Of a DNA stretch of 64,000 nucleotides, positions 62,616 through 64,000 are shown piece after piece (position 1 is the first letter of the stretch; every line of letters starts with the position of its first letter). Both the position numbers and the translations under genes were made by a program. A model generated the notes under the pieces. It was not told where the DNA came from. It searched no databases and saw only the letters and a program-made list of their open reading frames with translations. Origin of the DNA: Anthoceros angustus (taxonomy: Eukaryota > Plantae > Anthocerotophyta); assembly GCA_010909165.1 (NCBI GenBank), contig VJWM01000250.1, forward strand, positions 62,001-126,000, in the 5' to 3' direction.

Positions 62616-64000
62616 TGGTATCGAGCAATATGCAGATTTAATTGTTTGCTATTTACATTGAGAAATGCATTGAAAAGATGCATTTACATATAGTTTTATA
62701 GTTCTTGATTTAGATAATGTATGCTTTATCAAGAAGATAAAAGCAGAAAAAGAAGACAAGTTTATGTTGTTTTATTTTTCTATAGATTTTGAATACAATT
62801 CTTGGCACATAAGGCGGTAATTCTTGTGCACTTTTCACGATTTGCTATTCAAGCAAATTCGGAAGAAATGCTCAAGGACAACTACCTAATGCAAGAAGCG
62901 TATTAATATAATTATAGAAAAGATAATGTTTAAAGAAAGCATTTAACAACATACAACTTGGTCGATGAATGGCTAATCGCCTCGATGGGCCTCGCCTGCA
63001 GAGAGAGAATTCAAAATCAAAATCTCTACAGAGGCAAGAAGCTAGAAATAATAGCGAGCAACTTCATCAACAAGTTCTTGAATGGATTGCTCATGCACAA
63101 AATCAACTGCTTTCTCTGGAAGTAAGAGAATCGTTTAATACCTTGATTGAAGTTCTCTTTCCGGATCGGTATTACTTGTTCTCCCACCGAGGAATCCAGA
63201 TAATCTACCTGAGGTGCGTGTTCAAAGAGCCTTTGATGGTAATGGTATACAAAGAGGTTTTCTTACAACACATGTTGCACCTGCCACAAGTGTCACTCAA
63301 TTAGTAAACAGAATTGAGGCACATCAATAACATGTAGATACTCGTTTCAGTAGTATACTACAAAATGTCTCAGCAACTAGTGTAGATGTTAGAGACTTGC
63401 AGGAACAGATATCACATCTGGATTTCAAACTTCTTACCTTGTTGAAGCATGTTTTACTCGCTAATCTCAGAGGAGAAGTAGCTCAAGCACGCTAAGAAAA
63501 CAAGTAAGAAACACATGTTTGGTGTTCCAAACTCATGCCCTTCCTCGCGGTATGCATTCAATAAGTGGGAAATAAGAAATCATGTAATAGTAAATGCACT
63601 AAGAGAACAAGAGTCTGCAGGAGACATACCTGCTAATGCTGTCAATATCCTCTGACCTTGCTGACCTAATAGCATGTGTCTGAAGTCCTGATATATTAAA
63701 CCCCTGCTACAGCCACTTTAGAATCTTAGTGTCTTGGGAGTAGCTAACCCAAAACACAAAGGAATAAAGATGGCTGATCCCTCATCTAGTTTGGGTGGGG
63801 AAGGGTTTAGGGAAAAAGATAGGTTTGGTGGGCAGGATTACGACATATGGGTAATCCGCATGAAGGGAGCCTTACAGAATAAGAAACTCTGGAAGGTGGT
63901 TATTGGGGAAGAGAGCTCCCTAGTAGTCTCAACTCCGCCCACAACAGCTGAAAATAGATTACAGGAAACATGGGATGCCAAAGATCAAGCAGCCATGTTC
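62616..64000 (+). mobile_element. 5' internal region of a Ty1/Copia element (PBS, leader, start of gag)
   Basis: PBS TGGTATCGAGC at 62616-62626; gag from 63770. The 5' LTR probably lies at about 62390-62615. Confidence 0.85.
63770..64000 (+). CDS. Copia Gag N-terminus, runs off the window
   Basis: MADPSS...RFGGQDYDIWVIRMKGALQNKKLWKVVIG...WDAKDQAAM, the typical Copia gag F.G.nY..W...M...L....LW motif. Confidence 0.88.
   Translation, partial: MADPSSSLGGEGFREKDRFGGQDYDIWVIRMKGALQNKKLWKVVIGEESSLVVSTPPTTAENRLQETWDAKDQAAMF

Overview
Eukaryotic plant genomic DNA. Short introns, compact genes and the transposon (TE) types suggest a non-seed land plant, probably Selaginella-like (inference). The window has two parts. 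(1) About 1-33.75 kb is a nested TE block: a pogo/Tc1-mariner DDE transposase split in two by a TGTC...GACA element (4-bp target-site duplication, TSD, of CTTA) with the halves 31 kb apart on opposite strands; a Ty3/Gypsy pol whose integrase ends in a PHD finger; a complete gag/protease-only Copia derivative with LTRs, primer-binding site (PBS), polypurine tract (PPT), TSD and an internal tRNA-like Pol III promoter; a decayed Sola/DUF7869-type transposase; a Copia integrase fragment; 95-bp tandem repeats carrying 5S rRNA promoter boxes; and several copies of an unassigned TE ORF family. Many small indels here may be long-read errors. (2) About 33.8-60 kb is a dense block of seven intact intron-containing genes: TDP1-beta, TMEM128-like, COQ2/PPT1, AIP1, Sfp-type phosphopantetheinyl transferase, MS2/FAR2-like fatty acyl reductase and MAP70. 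It also holds a G-rich heptamer microsatellite and a MITE derived from the same pogo family. The window ends in the 5' part of a Copia element. I see no clearly new host-gene system; the most unusual signals are in TE architecture.
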